From an uncultured Alphaproteobacteria bacterium (GTDB lineage Bacteria; Pseudomonadota; Alphaproteobacteria; HIMB59), in contig CACLUR010000002.1 of NCBI GenBank assembly GCA_902610175.1, forward strand, positions 75,116 to 107,115: a stretch of DNA of 32,000 bases. The letters are read 5' to 3'. Below the pieces are notes generated by a model, which ran no database searches, was not told where the DNA came from, and was given only the letters and a program-made list of their open reading frames with translations. The translations under genes and the position numbers were made by a program. Below are positions 23,881 to 32,000 of this stretch, piece after piece (the first letter of the stretch is position 1; each line of letters opens with the position of its first letter).

Positions 23881-24682
23881 AATAGATCAAAGTTATAAAA
23901 GATTAGATAAGTTTTTATTTCAACATTTTGAGTCTATACCTTTATCTTTATTACAAAGATTAATAAGAAAATACAAAATAAAAATTAATAATAAAAAATC
24001 GAAAGCTAATTCGCCATTAATAAAAGGTGATGTTGTATATATATATCATAAATTTGTGTTCAATAATGAATTATCAAATACTATTAAACTTACTAAAGAT
24101 AAAAAAAAAATTTTTAAAGATAATATCATATTTCAAAATGATAATTTTATAGTTATATACAAAATTGATGGATATTCTGTTCAAAGAGGATCTAAAATAT
24201 TTTTTTCATTAAAAGACATATATGAAAATATCATCGAACATAAACTATATATAGTTCATAGATTAGATAAAGACACTTCAGGACTTATGCTTTTTGCAAA
24301 AAATAGAATTACTGCTAGCAAAATTTCATCGTTATTTTTAAATCATCAAATTAAAAAATATTATATTTCAGTTACTAATTCTAAATTTAATAAAGATACA
24401 GATACGTTGATCAACTATAATTCTGATAAGAAGAAATTAAAACTTGCTTACAGAAAGATTCATTTAGACAATTATAAAAATTGTTATTTGATTAAATTAT
24501 TTACTGGAAAAAAACATCAAATTAGACTTCAATTTTACCTTAATAAAAATCCTATTATAGGTGATAAAAAATTTTCTGGTAACAAATTTAATAAACTACT
24601 TCTTTGTTCTTATAAAATTATTTTTAATCTAGATGGAAAATTTTATAAATTTAAAATTAATCCTAATAAAATACTCTCATAA
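23870..24682 (+). CDS. RluC/RluD-family 23S rRNA pseudouridine synthase
   Basis: N-terminal S4-like YKRLDKFLFQHF; catalytic HRLDKDTSGLMLFAKN; GKKHQIRLQF. Confidence 0.92.
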   Translation: MQIKIDQSYKRLDKFLFQHFESIPLSLLQRLIRKYKIKINNKKSKANSPLIKGDVVYIYHKFVFNNELSNTIKLTKDKKKIFKDNIIFQNDNFIVIYKIDGYSVQRGSKIFFSLKDIYENIIEHKLYIVHRLDKDTSGLMLFAKNRITASKISSLFLNHQIKKYYISVTNSKFNKDTDTLINYNSDKKKLKLAYRKIHLDNYKNCYLIKLFTGKKHQIRLQFYLNKNPIIGDKKFSGNKFNKLLLCSYKIIFNLDGKFYKFKINPNKILS

Positions 24683-25292
24683 ATTCATTTTTAAGATCTT
24701 GATATATTTTTACCTTATTATAATTTATTTTTAGTTCTTCTAAGCTACTTATATCTTTGGCATTAAGACCGCAAGGGTTTATTTTTTGAAAATTATCTAG
24801 ATTAGGATTAAAATTAATTGATAACCCATGATGAATGATGCCCTTTGAGTACCTTAGACCAATAAATATTATTTTTTTTAATTCTTCACTATTGCCTTTA
24901 ACCCACAAACCTCTATTTTTCTCTTTTTTTTTATAGAGAATTATATTGCTTCTTTTAAATGCTTTTATACATATGTCTTCTAATAAATTTATGTAATCAA
25001 TAATATTCTTTCTCCTTTTTTTTAAATCAATTAAGGGATAAATTACTAATTGTCCAGGGCCATGAAATGTTATTTTTCCACCCCTATTAACTTTAATTAC
25101 TGGGATATTATTTATTTCATCTATTTTAAATTCTTTAGGAGTAGAGCTTCCTGCAGTAAAGACATTTTGATGTTCTAAGAACCATATTTCTTCCTTTTTT
25201 GTATTTTCAAACATTTTTTGAATATGTTTATTCATTAATTCTGTTACCTCTTGATATTTTTTTTGCCCTTTTAGTTGTTTTATTTCAATCAT
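24663..25292 (-). CDS. lipB: Lipoyl(octanoyl) transferase
   Basis: FLEHQNVFTAGSS, VNRGGKITFHGPGQLVIYPLIDLKK, HHGLSINFNPNLDNF..INPCGL. Confidence 0.93.
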   Translation of the reverse strand: MIEIKQLKGQKKYQEVTELMNKHIQKMFENTKKEEIWFLEHQNVFTAGSSTPKEFKIDEINNIPVIKVNRGGKITFHGPGQLVIYPLIDLKKRRKNIIDYINLLEDICIKAFKRSNIILYKKKEKNRGLWVKGNSEELKKIIFIGLRYSKGIIHHGLSINFNPNLDNFQKINPCGLNAKDISSLEELKINYNKVKIYQDLKNEFMRVFY

Positions 25293-25316
25293 TCTTTATT
25301 AATTAATCTATTAATT

Positions 25317-25404
25317 GCGGACGTGGCGGAATTGGTAGACGCGCAGCGTTGAGGTCGCTGTGGGATTAAATCCTGTGGAAGTTCAAGTCTTCTCGTCCGC
25401 ACCA
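25317..25404 (+). tRNA. tRNA-Leu (anticodon GAG), encoded CCA
   Basis: Acceptor stem GCGGACG/CGTCCGC followed by A and CCA; anticodon arm CAGCG-TTGAGGT-CGCTG with GAG at 25351-25353; long variable arm; T-arm region GTTCAAGTC. Confidence 0.95.
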
Positions 25405-25418
25405 TATATATAATATAA

Positions 25419-26717
25419 ATGCAAAAATTTAATAAAAAAGAGTATATTAAGTCTATAAAGTCTCTTCATTCTGCTGATCAGGCAGATAGTATTGAAAGTC
25501 TTCCATTTGAATTACAGTCATCAATATTAAAAACTCATACTAAAAACTTTCACCCTGACTTTATTGCCTATTTACGTGAAGAAACACGTGACGATATTTT
25601 GCATATGATACCTAATAAACAACTTGTTAATTTAATTAAATATTTGGATTTAGATGATGCGGTTGAAATTCTTGGTGATTTTGAAACTAAAGAATTAGTT
25701 CAGATACTTTCTAAGCTTGGATCTCAGCAAAGAGAAAGAATTGAAGAAAGTTTACAGTATGATGAAAATTCTGCTGGCAGACTTATGAACAGAGACTATC
25801 TTTCAATCAAGGCTAACTTAACTGTAGGTGAACTGATCGATCAATTAAGAAATACCCGAAGAGGTCCTAAGGATTTTTATAATATTTTTATCGTAGATGA
25901 ACAAAATACTCCTATTGGATATGTCCCTTCAGGTAAAGTTTTAAGATCAAAAAGATCAAAAAAATTAAAAGAAATTATTTATAGAGATATACATATAATT
26001 AAATCTGATGAGAAAATTGAAGATATTGCATACACTTTTAGACAGTATGGCTTAGTTTCAGCACCTGTTGTAAATTTGGATAATAAAATGATAGGCATCA
26101 TGACTGTTGATGATGTTGTCGAAATTGATCATGAGGAATCAGAAGATGATATGAGAAAATTGGGAGGTTTATTTGTAAATGACTTTTATAAAGGTGCTTT
26201 TACATCTGCAACTTCAAGATTTATATGGTTAGGATTAAACTTATTGACAGCCATATTAGCATCTCTTGTTATAGATATATATTCAGACCAATTACAGCAA
26301 ATGATAGCAATTGCAGTCCTTATGCCTATAGTAGCCTCAATGGGTGGCAATGCAGGCACACAGGCTATGACCATCTACGTAAGAGCTATTGCCACAAAAG
26401 ATATTAATAATTCAAATTATATTAAATTGGTTGTTAAAGAATTTTTAATAGGAAGTATCAATGGTTTTGCACTTTCTTTAATAATGGGATTAATAGCTTA
26501 TTATTGGTTTGATAGTCTTGTATTAGCAATTGCGATATCTTTTGCTATTTTAATAAACTTAGGTTTTGCTTGTTTAGTAGGCATAATTATACCAATTACA
26601 ATTAATAAAATGAAAATAGATCCAGCCTTAGCATCTGGTATCGTTCTAACTACTTTTACAGATGTATTTGGATTTCTATCATTTTTATCAATTGCAACTT
26701 ACATATTAAATTTATAG
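25419..26717 (+). CDS. mgtE: Magnesium transporter MgtE
   Basis: 432 aa. N-terminal domain, two CBS-like repeats (YNIFIVDEQNTPIGYVPSG; APVVNLDNKMIGIMTVDDVV) and a C-terminal membrane domain with MPIVASMGGNAGTQAMT. Confidence 0.95.
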   Translation: MQKFNKKEYIKSIKSLHSADQADSIESLPFELQSSILKTHTKNFHPDFIAYLREETRDDILHMIPNKQLVNLIKYLDLDDAVEILGDFETKELVQILSKLGSQQRERIEESLQYDENSAGRLMNRDYLSIKANLTVGELIDQLRNTRRGPKDFYNIFIVDEQNTPIGYVPSGKVLRSKRSKKLKEIIYRDIHIIKSDEKIEDIAYTFRQYGLVSAPVVNLDNKMIGIMTVDDVVEIDHEESEDDMRKLGGLFVNDFYKGAFTSATSRFIWLGLNLLTAILASLVIDIYSDQLQQMIAIAVLMPIVASMGGNAGTQAMTIYVRAIATKDINNSNYIKLVVKEFLIGSINGFALSLIMGLIAYYWFDSLVLAIAISFAILINLGFACLVGIIIPITINKMKIDPALASGIVLTTFTDVFGFLSFLSIATYILNL

Positions 26718-26723
26718 TTTATT

Positions 26724-28007
26724 TTGATGATCAATGCTGAAATACTTAGAGAATACGATATTAGGGGCATTTACCAAAAATCATTAAAATTAGAGGATGT
26801 ACAAAATATTGCAAAAAAAATTTCAAATATAGTTTCTAATGATAACACTCCTAAAATTATTATAGGTCATGATGGAAGATTATCTTCTTTAGAAATTAAA
26901 AATAAACTCATTGATACTTTCAGAAGACATGGTGTTGATGTGGTAGATATTTCATTAATACCAACACCAGTGAGTTATTATGCAACAAAAAAACTAAATA
27001 TACCTAATTTAATTATGATTACAGGTTCTCATAATCCAAAAGAGTATAACGGATTAAAAATAATTATTAATAATAAACCATTTTTTGGAGAAAAGATAAA
27101 ATCTTTAAACGATTTAGATGATGCTAATTTATCCTCAACATTGGGTCAATTGACATTTAAAGACGTAATCACTCCTTATACAGAGGAAATTATTTCACAA
27201 TTTAAAAATTTAGATAAGCTTAAAATAGTTTGGGATCCAGGAAATGGGGCTATTGGACCAATAATTCATAAAATTATCAATTCTATAAAAGGAACTAATA
27301 TCATTTTGAATAGAAGTATAGATGGTAATTTTCCTAATCATCATCCTGATCCAACAATTAAGAAAAATATCTCTCAAATATCAAACTATATTAGAGAAAA
27401 ACAATTTGACCTAGGTATTGCTTTCGATGGTGATGGTGATCGAATTGGAATATTGGACAATAAAGGTGAATTAATTTACTCAGATATAATTTTTTTACTT
27501 TTATCTCTCGATCTTTTGATGGAAAAAAAAGACTTAGTCGCTATTGCTGATGTAAAATGTAGTAAAATACTTTTTGATACACTTAAAAATAATGGTGTCG
27601 ATATTCATATGTCAAAAACTGGACATTCTTTAATCAAAGAGATGATATCTTCAAAAAATGCAGATATAGCAGGAGAAATGAGTGGGCATATTTTTTATAA
27701 TTATAATTATTATGGATATGATGACGCCATATATGCTTCTTTGAAATTAATTAGGATACTCAATAATACAAAAAAAACATTAAATGAATTAACAAGTGTT
27801 TATATGAAGTCATCATCAACACCTGAGATTAAATTATACTGTGATGAAAAAATTAAATTTAGTCTCCTAGACAAAATAGTACAAGATATTCCTAAACACT
27901 ACGATAATGGAGCCAATTTAATTACAATTGATGGTGTAAGACTGGAAACAGAAAATTTTTTGGTTTCTTCTAAGAGCTTCAAATACTCAAAATTGTATAG
28001 TATTTAG
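26724..28007 (+). CDS. Phosphomannomutase/phosphoglucomutase (AlgC/ManB-like), reading frame interrupted near the C-terminus
   Basis: LREYDIRGIYQKSL, phosphoserine loop ITGSHNPKEYNGLKI, metal loop DGDGDRIG, SGEMSGHIFYNYNY-type sugar-binding region. Domain 4 is lost after LETENF because of a frame change at the T-run 27956-27961. Confidence 0.93.
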   Translation: MMINAEILREYDIRGIYQKSLKLEDVQNIAKKISNIVSNDNTPKIIIGHDGRLSSLEIKNKLIDTFRRHGVDVVDISLIPTPVSYYATKKLNIPNLIMITGSHNPKEYNGLKIIINNKPFFGEKIKSLNDLDDANLSSTLGQLTFKDVITPYTEEIISQFKNLDKLKIVWDPGNGAIGPIIHKIINSIKGTNIILNRSIDGNFPNHHPDPTIKKNISQISNYIREKQFDLGIAFDGDGDRIGILDNKGELIYSDIIFLLLSLDLLMEKKDLVAIADVKCSKILFDTLKNNGVDIHMSKTGHSLIKEMISSKNADIAGEMSGHIFYNYNYYGYDDAIYASLKLIRILNNTKKTLNELTSVYMKSSSTPEIKLYCDEKIKFSLLDKIVQDIPKHYDNGANLITIDGVRLETENFLVSSKSFKYSKLYSI

Positions 28008-28122
28008 ACTCGAGCATTTTGTTAAAGATAAATTTAAAGAAGAATTAATTAAACTAATATCAATACTTGAGACATATTCATTGGATATAAAAGAATTAAC
28101 TAGTTTTAATCAAACAGTCTAG
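27961..28122 (+). other. Out-of-frame continuation of the PMM/PGM C-terminal domain (not in the supplied ORF track)
   Basis: Frame starting at 27961 reads WFLLRASNTQNCIVFRLEHFVKDKFKEELIKLISILETYSLDIKELTSFNQTV*. This matches the RASNT domain-4 signature and would directly continue ...DGVRLETENF if one T were removed. Confidence 0.88.
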
Positions 28123-29160
28123 TTTATTTAATTTAATTTCATTACATAAGTTTTTTGCTGTTCGATGATCATCAACATTAATATAACTTATAAAATATCT
28201 ACCATTTTTTTTTATTTGATGCTCAAAACTTCTAAGTATTTTTATTTTATTTTTAAGTAAAATGATGTGCATCTTTGATTTACTAATCTTTTTGAAAGAG
28301 GAAGTCTGAACTGTATAATTAGTGGTACTTTTTTTCTCATTCTTTACAGTTAATTTTTTAGTTTCTTCAATTTTGGATGCTTCTTTATTTTTATATTTAT
28401 TCATAAGAAAATTAATTTTATTGTTCCTTTCTTTCGCGGAATTTCCTCCAAAATATATACCTAATAAATAATTATCTGCATTTATCGATAGCAGTGATAT
28501 CTGAAACCCAGATTTTCTTGTATAACCAGTTTTTAAACCAATGTAATGATCATACTTTTTTAATAATGTATTATGAGTTGTATAATTTTTACCTTTAATT
28601 TTAACATTTGTTTTTTTAAATCGATGTAAGTGCTCTGGAAAATCTATAATTATTCTAGAGCTCAATTTAAATATGTCATAAGCTGTCGATAAATTAGCTC
28701 TATTTGGAAGACCATGAGGATTTGCAAAATTAGTATTTTCTAAATGTAATTCCTTTGCATAATTATTCATTTTAATTACAAATTTTTTTTCAGTGCCAGA
28801 TATTTTTTCAGCTATTGCTACAGCTGCATCATTCGCTGATTTGATTATTAATGAGTCAATTAATTCATCTACAGTAATGAAATCCTTCTCTTTAATACCT
28901 AACTTAGAAGGTTGTTGATATGTAGCATATTTAGAAAAGTAAATTCGATCATTTATATTAATGTTTTTTAACCTTAGTTCATCAAATAGAATATAAAGTG
29001 TCATAATTTTAGTAAGTGATGCTGGATAATTTTTTGTATCTTTATTTACCTCAAAATATATTTCATGTGATATTGGATTACCTATAACACTTGCAATTTT
29101 TGCAAATAATGGATGTGATAAGTTGACCGTTAAAATAAGTGTGATAAGTATTATTCTCAT
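28096..29160 (-). CDS. Serine-type D-Ala-D-Ala carboxypeptidase (penicillin-binding protein 5/6 family) with a probable C-terminal SPOR-like domain
   Basis: Signal peptide; SxxK motif YPASLTKIMTLY; KSANDAAVAIAE (SxN); GLKTGYTRKSG (KTG); C-terminal YTVQTSSFKKISKSKMHIILLKNK...YFISYINVDDHRTAKNLCNEIK. Confidence 0.92.
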   Translation of the reverse strand: MRIILITLILTVNLSHPLFAKIASVIGNPISHEIYFEVNKDTKNYPASLTKIMTLYILFDELRLKNININDRIYFSKYATYQQPSKLGIKEKDFITVDELIDSLIIKSANDAAVAIAEKISGTEKKFVIKMNNYAKELHLENTNFANPHGLPNRANLSTAYDIFKLSSRIIIDFPEHLHRFKKTNVKIKGKNYTTHNTLLKKYDHYIGLKTGYTRKSGFQISLLSINADNYLLGIYFGGNSAKERNNKINFLMNKYKNKEASKIEETKKLTVKNEKKSTTNYTVQTSSFKKISKSKMHIILLKNKIKILRSFEHQIKKNGRYFISYINVDDHRTAKNLCNEIKLNKLDCLIKTS

Positions 29161-29187
29161 TATAATATTAATTTGTTATAATTAAAT

Positions 29188-29496
29188 ATGTCACTAGGTT
29201 TCAAATTATATTCTTTTTTTAATGGTAATCTTGTTCATCGGGATTCGCTAGGTAATAAATATTATCATGACAAAAATAATTCCTCTAAAAGATGGGTAGT
29301 TTATGCACCTGGTTTTGGACCTGACTCATTACCAACACAATTTCATAATTGGTTACATAATACTTCTGATGAAATTTTTAGCTTTGAAGCTGAGGAAAGT
29401 AATCAAGAGAGTTTAGTCAAAAGAAGAGTTCAAAAGCATTCAGTAAATCATAAAGAGAAAAATAATAAGGGTTATAACAATTGGCAGCCAAAATAA
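29188..29496 (+). CDS. NDUFA12-family NADH:ubiquinone oxidoreductase accessory subunit
   Basis: LVHRDSLGNKYYHDK...KRWVVYAPGFGPDSLPTQFHNWLHNTSDE matches the family pattern (G-N-x-YY, RWV-Y, W..WLH). Confidence 0.88.
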   Translation: MSLGFKLYSFFNGNLVHRDSLGNKYYHDKNNSSKRWVVYAPGFGPDSLPTQFHNWLHNTSDEIFSFEAEESNQESLVKRRVQKHSVNHKEKNNKGYNNWQPK

Positions 29497-29942
29497 TTAC
29501 CGAAATTGACTCCTACAACTCAAGACTCCATTTTAAAGTTGGTCTTTTTTTCATTACTATTTTAGTAATAATTTTTTTAATATTAAAAAATATTAACAAT
29601 AACGAAACTATCCCTTTTGTAGCTACTTTTAATTATGTTGAAGGCATTAATAATGATACTGAAGTTAAAATAGCTGGTATTAAAATAGGAGATGTAAGTG
29701 AAATAGTTATTGCTTCTGATCAAGTTACTGTCAATGGTTATATAGATAAAAATTATGATATTCCTGAGGACTCAATAATAAAAATTATAAGTAATGGTAT
29801 TTTTGGAAAAAAAGTTTTATCTATTGAGCCTGGATTTGGTGATTATTTAGATAAATCTAATCAAAAATACATATTTGAGCAAACTCAAGACTCTTATTCT
29901 ATTGATATGTTCCTTAGATATTTAGATGAGCTAAATGAATAA
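29481..29942 (+). CDS. MlaD-like (MCE domain) lipid-transport protein, copy 1; TTG start
   Basis: One N-terminal TM helix, then FVATFNYVEGINNDTEVKIAGIKIGDVSEIVI...IKIISNGIFGKKVLSIEPG, an MCE domain pattern. Confidence 0.85.
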   Translation: MAAKIITEIDSYNSRLHFKVGLFFITILVIIFLILKNINNNETIPFVATFNYVEGINNDTEVKIAGIKIGDVSEIVIASDQVTVNGYIDKNYDIPEDSIIKIISNGIFGKKVLSIEPGFGDYLDKSNQKYIFEQTQDSYSIDMFLRYLDELNE

Positions 29943-30375
29943 AAAAATAAATATAGAATTTATAATTGGATTATTAATATTAATTATTTCAGTAATAAGT
30001 ATTTATTATTTTTCATATAAGATAAATATCTTCAAAAAAGTTGAGACTTTTCAGATCAATTCTAATTTTTTTGATATTGGAAATATGAGTATAGGCAATG
30101 ATGTAAAAATCAATGGAGTTAAAGTAGGGGAGGTTTCAAAGATTGAATTAGATAAAGAGAATTATATGGCGGTAGTTACATCATCTGTTGAAAAAAATAT
30201 CAAAATTCCTAATGACTCTATATTTAAAATATCAAATAATGGATTTGTAGGATCATCTTACATTGAAATTCAATTAGGAAATAGCGAGAAACCTATAAAA
30301 AATAATGATTACTCAGTTAATAATATCGATGCAGTGTCTTTGGAAGAGATTATCAATAATTTTATTTTTAAGTAG
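29935..30375 (+). CDS. MlaD-like (MCE domain) lipid-transport protein, copy 2
   Basis: N-terminal TM helix, FDIGNMSIGNDVKINGVKVGEVSKIEL, SIFKISNNGFVGSSYIEIQLG, and C-terminal AVSLEEIINNFIFK like canonical MlaD tails. Confidence 0.88.
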   Translation: MNKKINIEFIIGLLILIISVISIYYFSYKINIFKKVETFQINSNFFDIGNMSIGNDVKINGVKVGEVSKIELDKENYMAVVTSSVEKNIKIPNDSIFKISNNGFVGSSYIEIQLGNSEKPIKNNDYSVNNIDAVSLEEIINNFIFK

Positions 30376-30670
30376 TTTCTTCTTTAATCAAACACTAGCT
30401 GAAGAAATAAATAACACTAAATTACTTATTTTAGATAAATCTTCTTCATCAAAATATGAACTTGAATTTTTTAAAAAATATCAATTTAGAAATTTATCTT
30501 TTGAATTGATTTCTTGCAAAAATATAGAATTTGATAAATATATCGATACTGCTGCTTTAATTAAAATTTCTCAAAATGATAATATTTTTATTGGATGGTT
30601 TTTTAAAATAACGGATGAATTAAACTTGTATTCTAATAAAATATACGAAATTTCATTAACAGATTGCTAA
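30305..30670 (+). CDS. DUF2155-family secreted protein
   Basis: Signal-peptide-like N-terminus and C-terminal IFIGWFFKITDELNLYSNKIYEISLTDC, resembling the GWMFASSP..HPVYDVW..DC tail of DUF2155. Start uncertain (30305 or 30329). Confidence 0.72.
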   Translation: MITQLIISMQCLWKRLSIILFLSSFFFNQTLAEEINNTKLLILDKSSSSKYELEFFKKYQFRNLSFELISCKNIEFDKYIDTAALIKISQNDNIFIGWFFKITDELNLYSNKIYEISLTDC

Positions 30671-32000
30671 TTAAAATTTTGATATATTTTTCTCCAGCCA
30701 ATTTGTATTATAAGTACCATTTATAAAGTCTTTTTGATTTAAAATCCATTTATGCAATTCTACATTTGTGTCAATACCATCTATAATAATTTCATCTAGT
30801 GCTCTTTTCATAACTGATATAGCTTCATTTCTCTCTTTGCCTTTTGATACAATTTTTAGCACTAAACTGTCATAGTGAGGGTTTACTTTGTAATTTGTAT
30901 ATAAGGCTGTATCTATCCTCACTCCTCTTCCCCCCGGTACATTTATAAAATCTACTGTTCCTGGACTTGGTGAAAAATCTTTTGCATTTTCTGCATTTAT
31001 TCTACATTCTAAAGTGTGATTTCTTTTAATCAAATTTGTTAAATCAATTTTATAACCAGCAGCAATCATTATTTGATATTTGACTAAATCAATATCAAAT
31101 GCTTCTTCAGTTACAGAATGTTCAACTTGTAGTCTTGTATTCATTTCAATAAAAAATACTTCGTTATCTTGATACAAAAATTCTAATGTTCCTAATCCCT
31201 CATATTTATTTTTAAGGAGTAAATCTATAATACTTTTTTCTATTCTTCTTAAATTTTTGATATGTACGAAATCAGATGGTATTTCCTCAATAATCTTTTG
31301 GTTTTTGCGTTGAACTGAACAATCTCTTTGACCAATTATTTGCGCGTAGTCATTTTTAGGATCTGATATTACTTGAAATTCAATATGTTTTGCATTAGTT
31401 AAATACTTTTCAGCATACATAGTATCATCACCAAAATAATTTTTTGCCTCTGCTTTTAGTTGAGAAAAAAACTTATTTATTTCATTCTTATTATTAAAAA
31501 CTCTCATTCCTTTACCTCCGCCACCATAGGCAGCTTTGATTACTATAGGCATGCCAATGTTTTCTGCTATTTTTACAGCTTCGTTTGTATTTTTTATATT
31601 TTCGGAGTTTTTACTTCCCAATATGGGTAATCCAAAATCACTTGCCAATTTTAAAGCATTACTTTTATTGCCTAATTCTAAAATAGATTTAGGGCTTGGC
31701 CCAATAAACTTAACTTTATGTGAGTCTAATATTTTTGAAAATTTATTATTTTCACTCAAAAACCCATAACCTGGATGTACTGCATCTGCCCCAGTTATAT
31801 CAATAGCACTAATAATACTCGGTATATTTAAATAACTTCCATTTGGCAGGGCACTACCTACGCAAATACTTTCATCAGCAAGTTTTACATGCATTGCCTC
31901 TGTATCTACATTAGAGTGAATTGCTACTGTCTTTATATCTAATTCTTTACATGCTCGAATAATACGAACTGCAATTTCACCTCTATTTGCTACTAATATC
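30671..32000 (-). CDS. accC: Acetyl-CoA carboxylase, biotin carboxylase subunit; start lies beyond the window
   Basis: GADAVHPGYGFLSEN, KAAYGGGGKGMRV, EFQVISD, FIEMNTRLQVEHSVTE. Reading continues in frame upstream of the predicted Met as ILVANRGEIAVRIIRACKELDIKTVAIHSNVDTEAM, so the true start is outside. Confidence 0.95.
   Translation of the reverse strand, partial: ILVANRGEIAVRIIRACKELDIKTVAIHSNVDTEAMHVKLADESICVGSALPNGSYLNIPSIISAIDITGADAVHPGYGFLSENNKFSKILDSHKVKFIGPSPKSILELGNKSNALKLASDFGLPILGSKNSENIKNTNEAVKIAENIGMPIVIKAAYGGGGKGMRVFNNKNEINKFFSQLKAEAKNYFGDDTMYAEKYLTNAKHIEFQVISDPKNDYAQIIGQRDCSVQRKNQKIIEEIPSDFVHIKNLRRIEKSIIDLLLKNKYEGLGTLEFLYQDNEVFFIEMNTRLQVEHSVTEEAFDIDLVKYQIMIAAGYKIDLTNLIKRNHTLECRINAENAKDFSPSPGTVDFINVPGGRGVRIDTALYTNYKVNPHYDSLVLKIVSKGKERNEAISVMKRALDEIIIDGIDTNVELHKWILNQKDFINGTYNTNWLEKNISKF

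Noticed and set aside
26186-26407. Short ORFs on both strands inside mgtE
   Set aside because: They fall entirely within the conserved MgtE membrane domain; no independent coding evidence.
27950-27965. Programmed ribosomal frameshifting in the PMM/PGM gene
   Set aside because: No accompanying stimulatory structure or rare-codon/stop arrangement was apparent, and programmed shifts are not known to me for this family. A homopolymer indel is the simpler reading.
31536-31769. 77-aa plus-strand ORF antisense to accC
   Set aside because: Shadow ORF over the conserved ATP-grasp region of accC.
1-32000. CRISPR array, transposon, prophage, toxin-antitoxin or other defence system
   Set aside because: No regularly spaced direct repeats, transposase/integrase signatures or defence-type genes were seen. 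Essentially all sequence is assigned to conserved housekeeping genes.

Overview
This is a very compact, AT-rich bacterial chromosomal segment. It is probably from a genome-streamlined, marine-type alphaproteobacterium; that placement is an inference from protein flavour and gene order and was not tested by phylogeny. Positions ~2-23517 hold a near-continuous transcription/translation cluster: rpoB (5' truncated)-rpoC-rpsL-rpsG-fusA-rpsJ-rplC-rplD-rplW-rplB-rpsS-rplV-rpsC-rplP-rpmC-rpsQ-rplN-rplX-rplE-rpsN-rpsH-rplF-rplR-rpsE-rplO-secY-adk-rpsM-rpsK-rpoA-rplQ. After it come crcB, an rluC/D-type pseudouridine synthase, lipB (-), tRNA-Leu(GAG), mgtE, a phosphomannomutase/phosphoglucomutase with an apparent C-terminal frameshift, a D-Ala-D-Ala carboxypeptidase with SPOR-like tail (-), an NDUFA12-family protein, two tandem MlaD-like proteins, a DUF2155-like protein and accC (-, cut by the window end). 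I see no mobile element, CRISPR array, defence system or convincing novel system. The observations most worth checking are: the T6-tract frameshift in the PMM/PGM gene; absence of tuf between fusA and rpsJ; absence of rpmD between rpsE and rplO; a good promoter-like element placing the rpsL start almost at the transcript 5' end; a second promoter candidate in the 61-nt gap before TTG-started rpsM; and the tandem MlaD-like pair.
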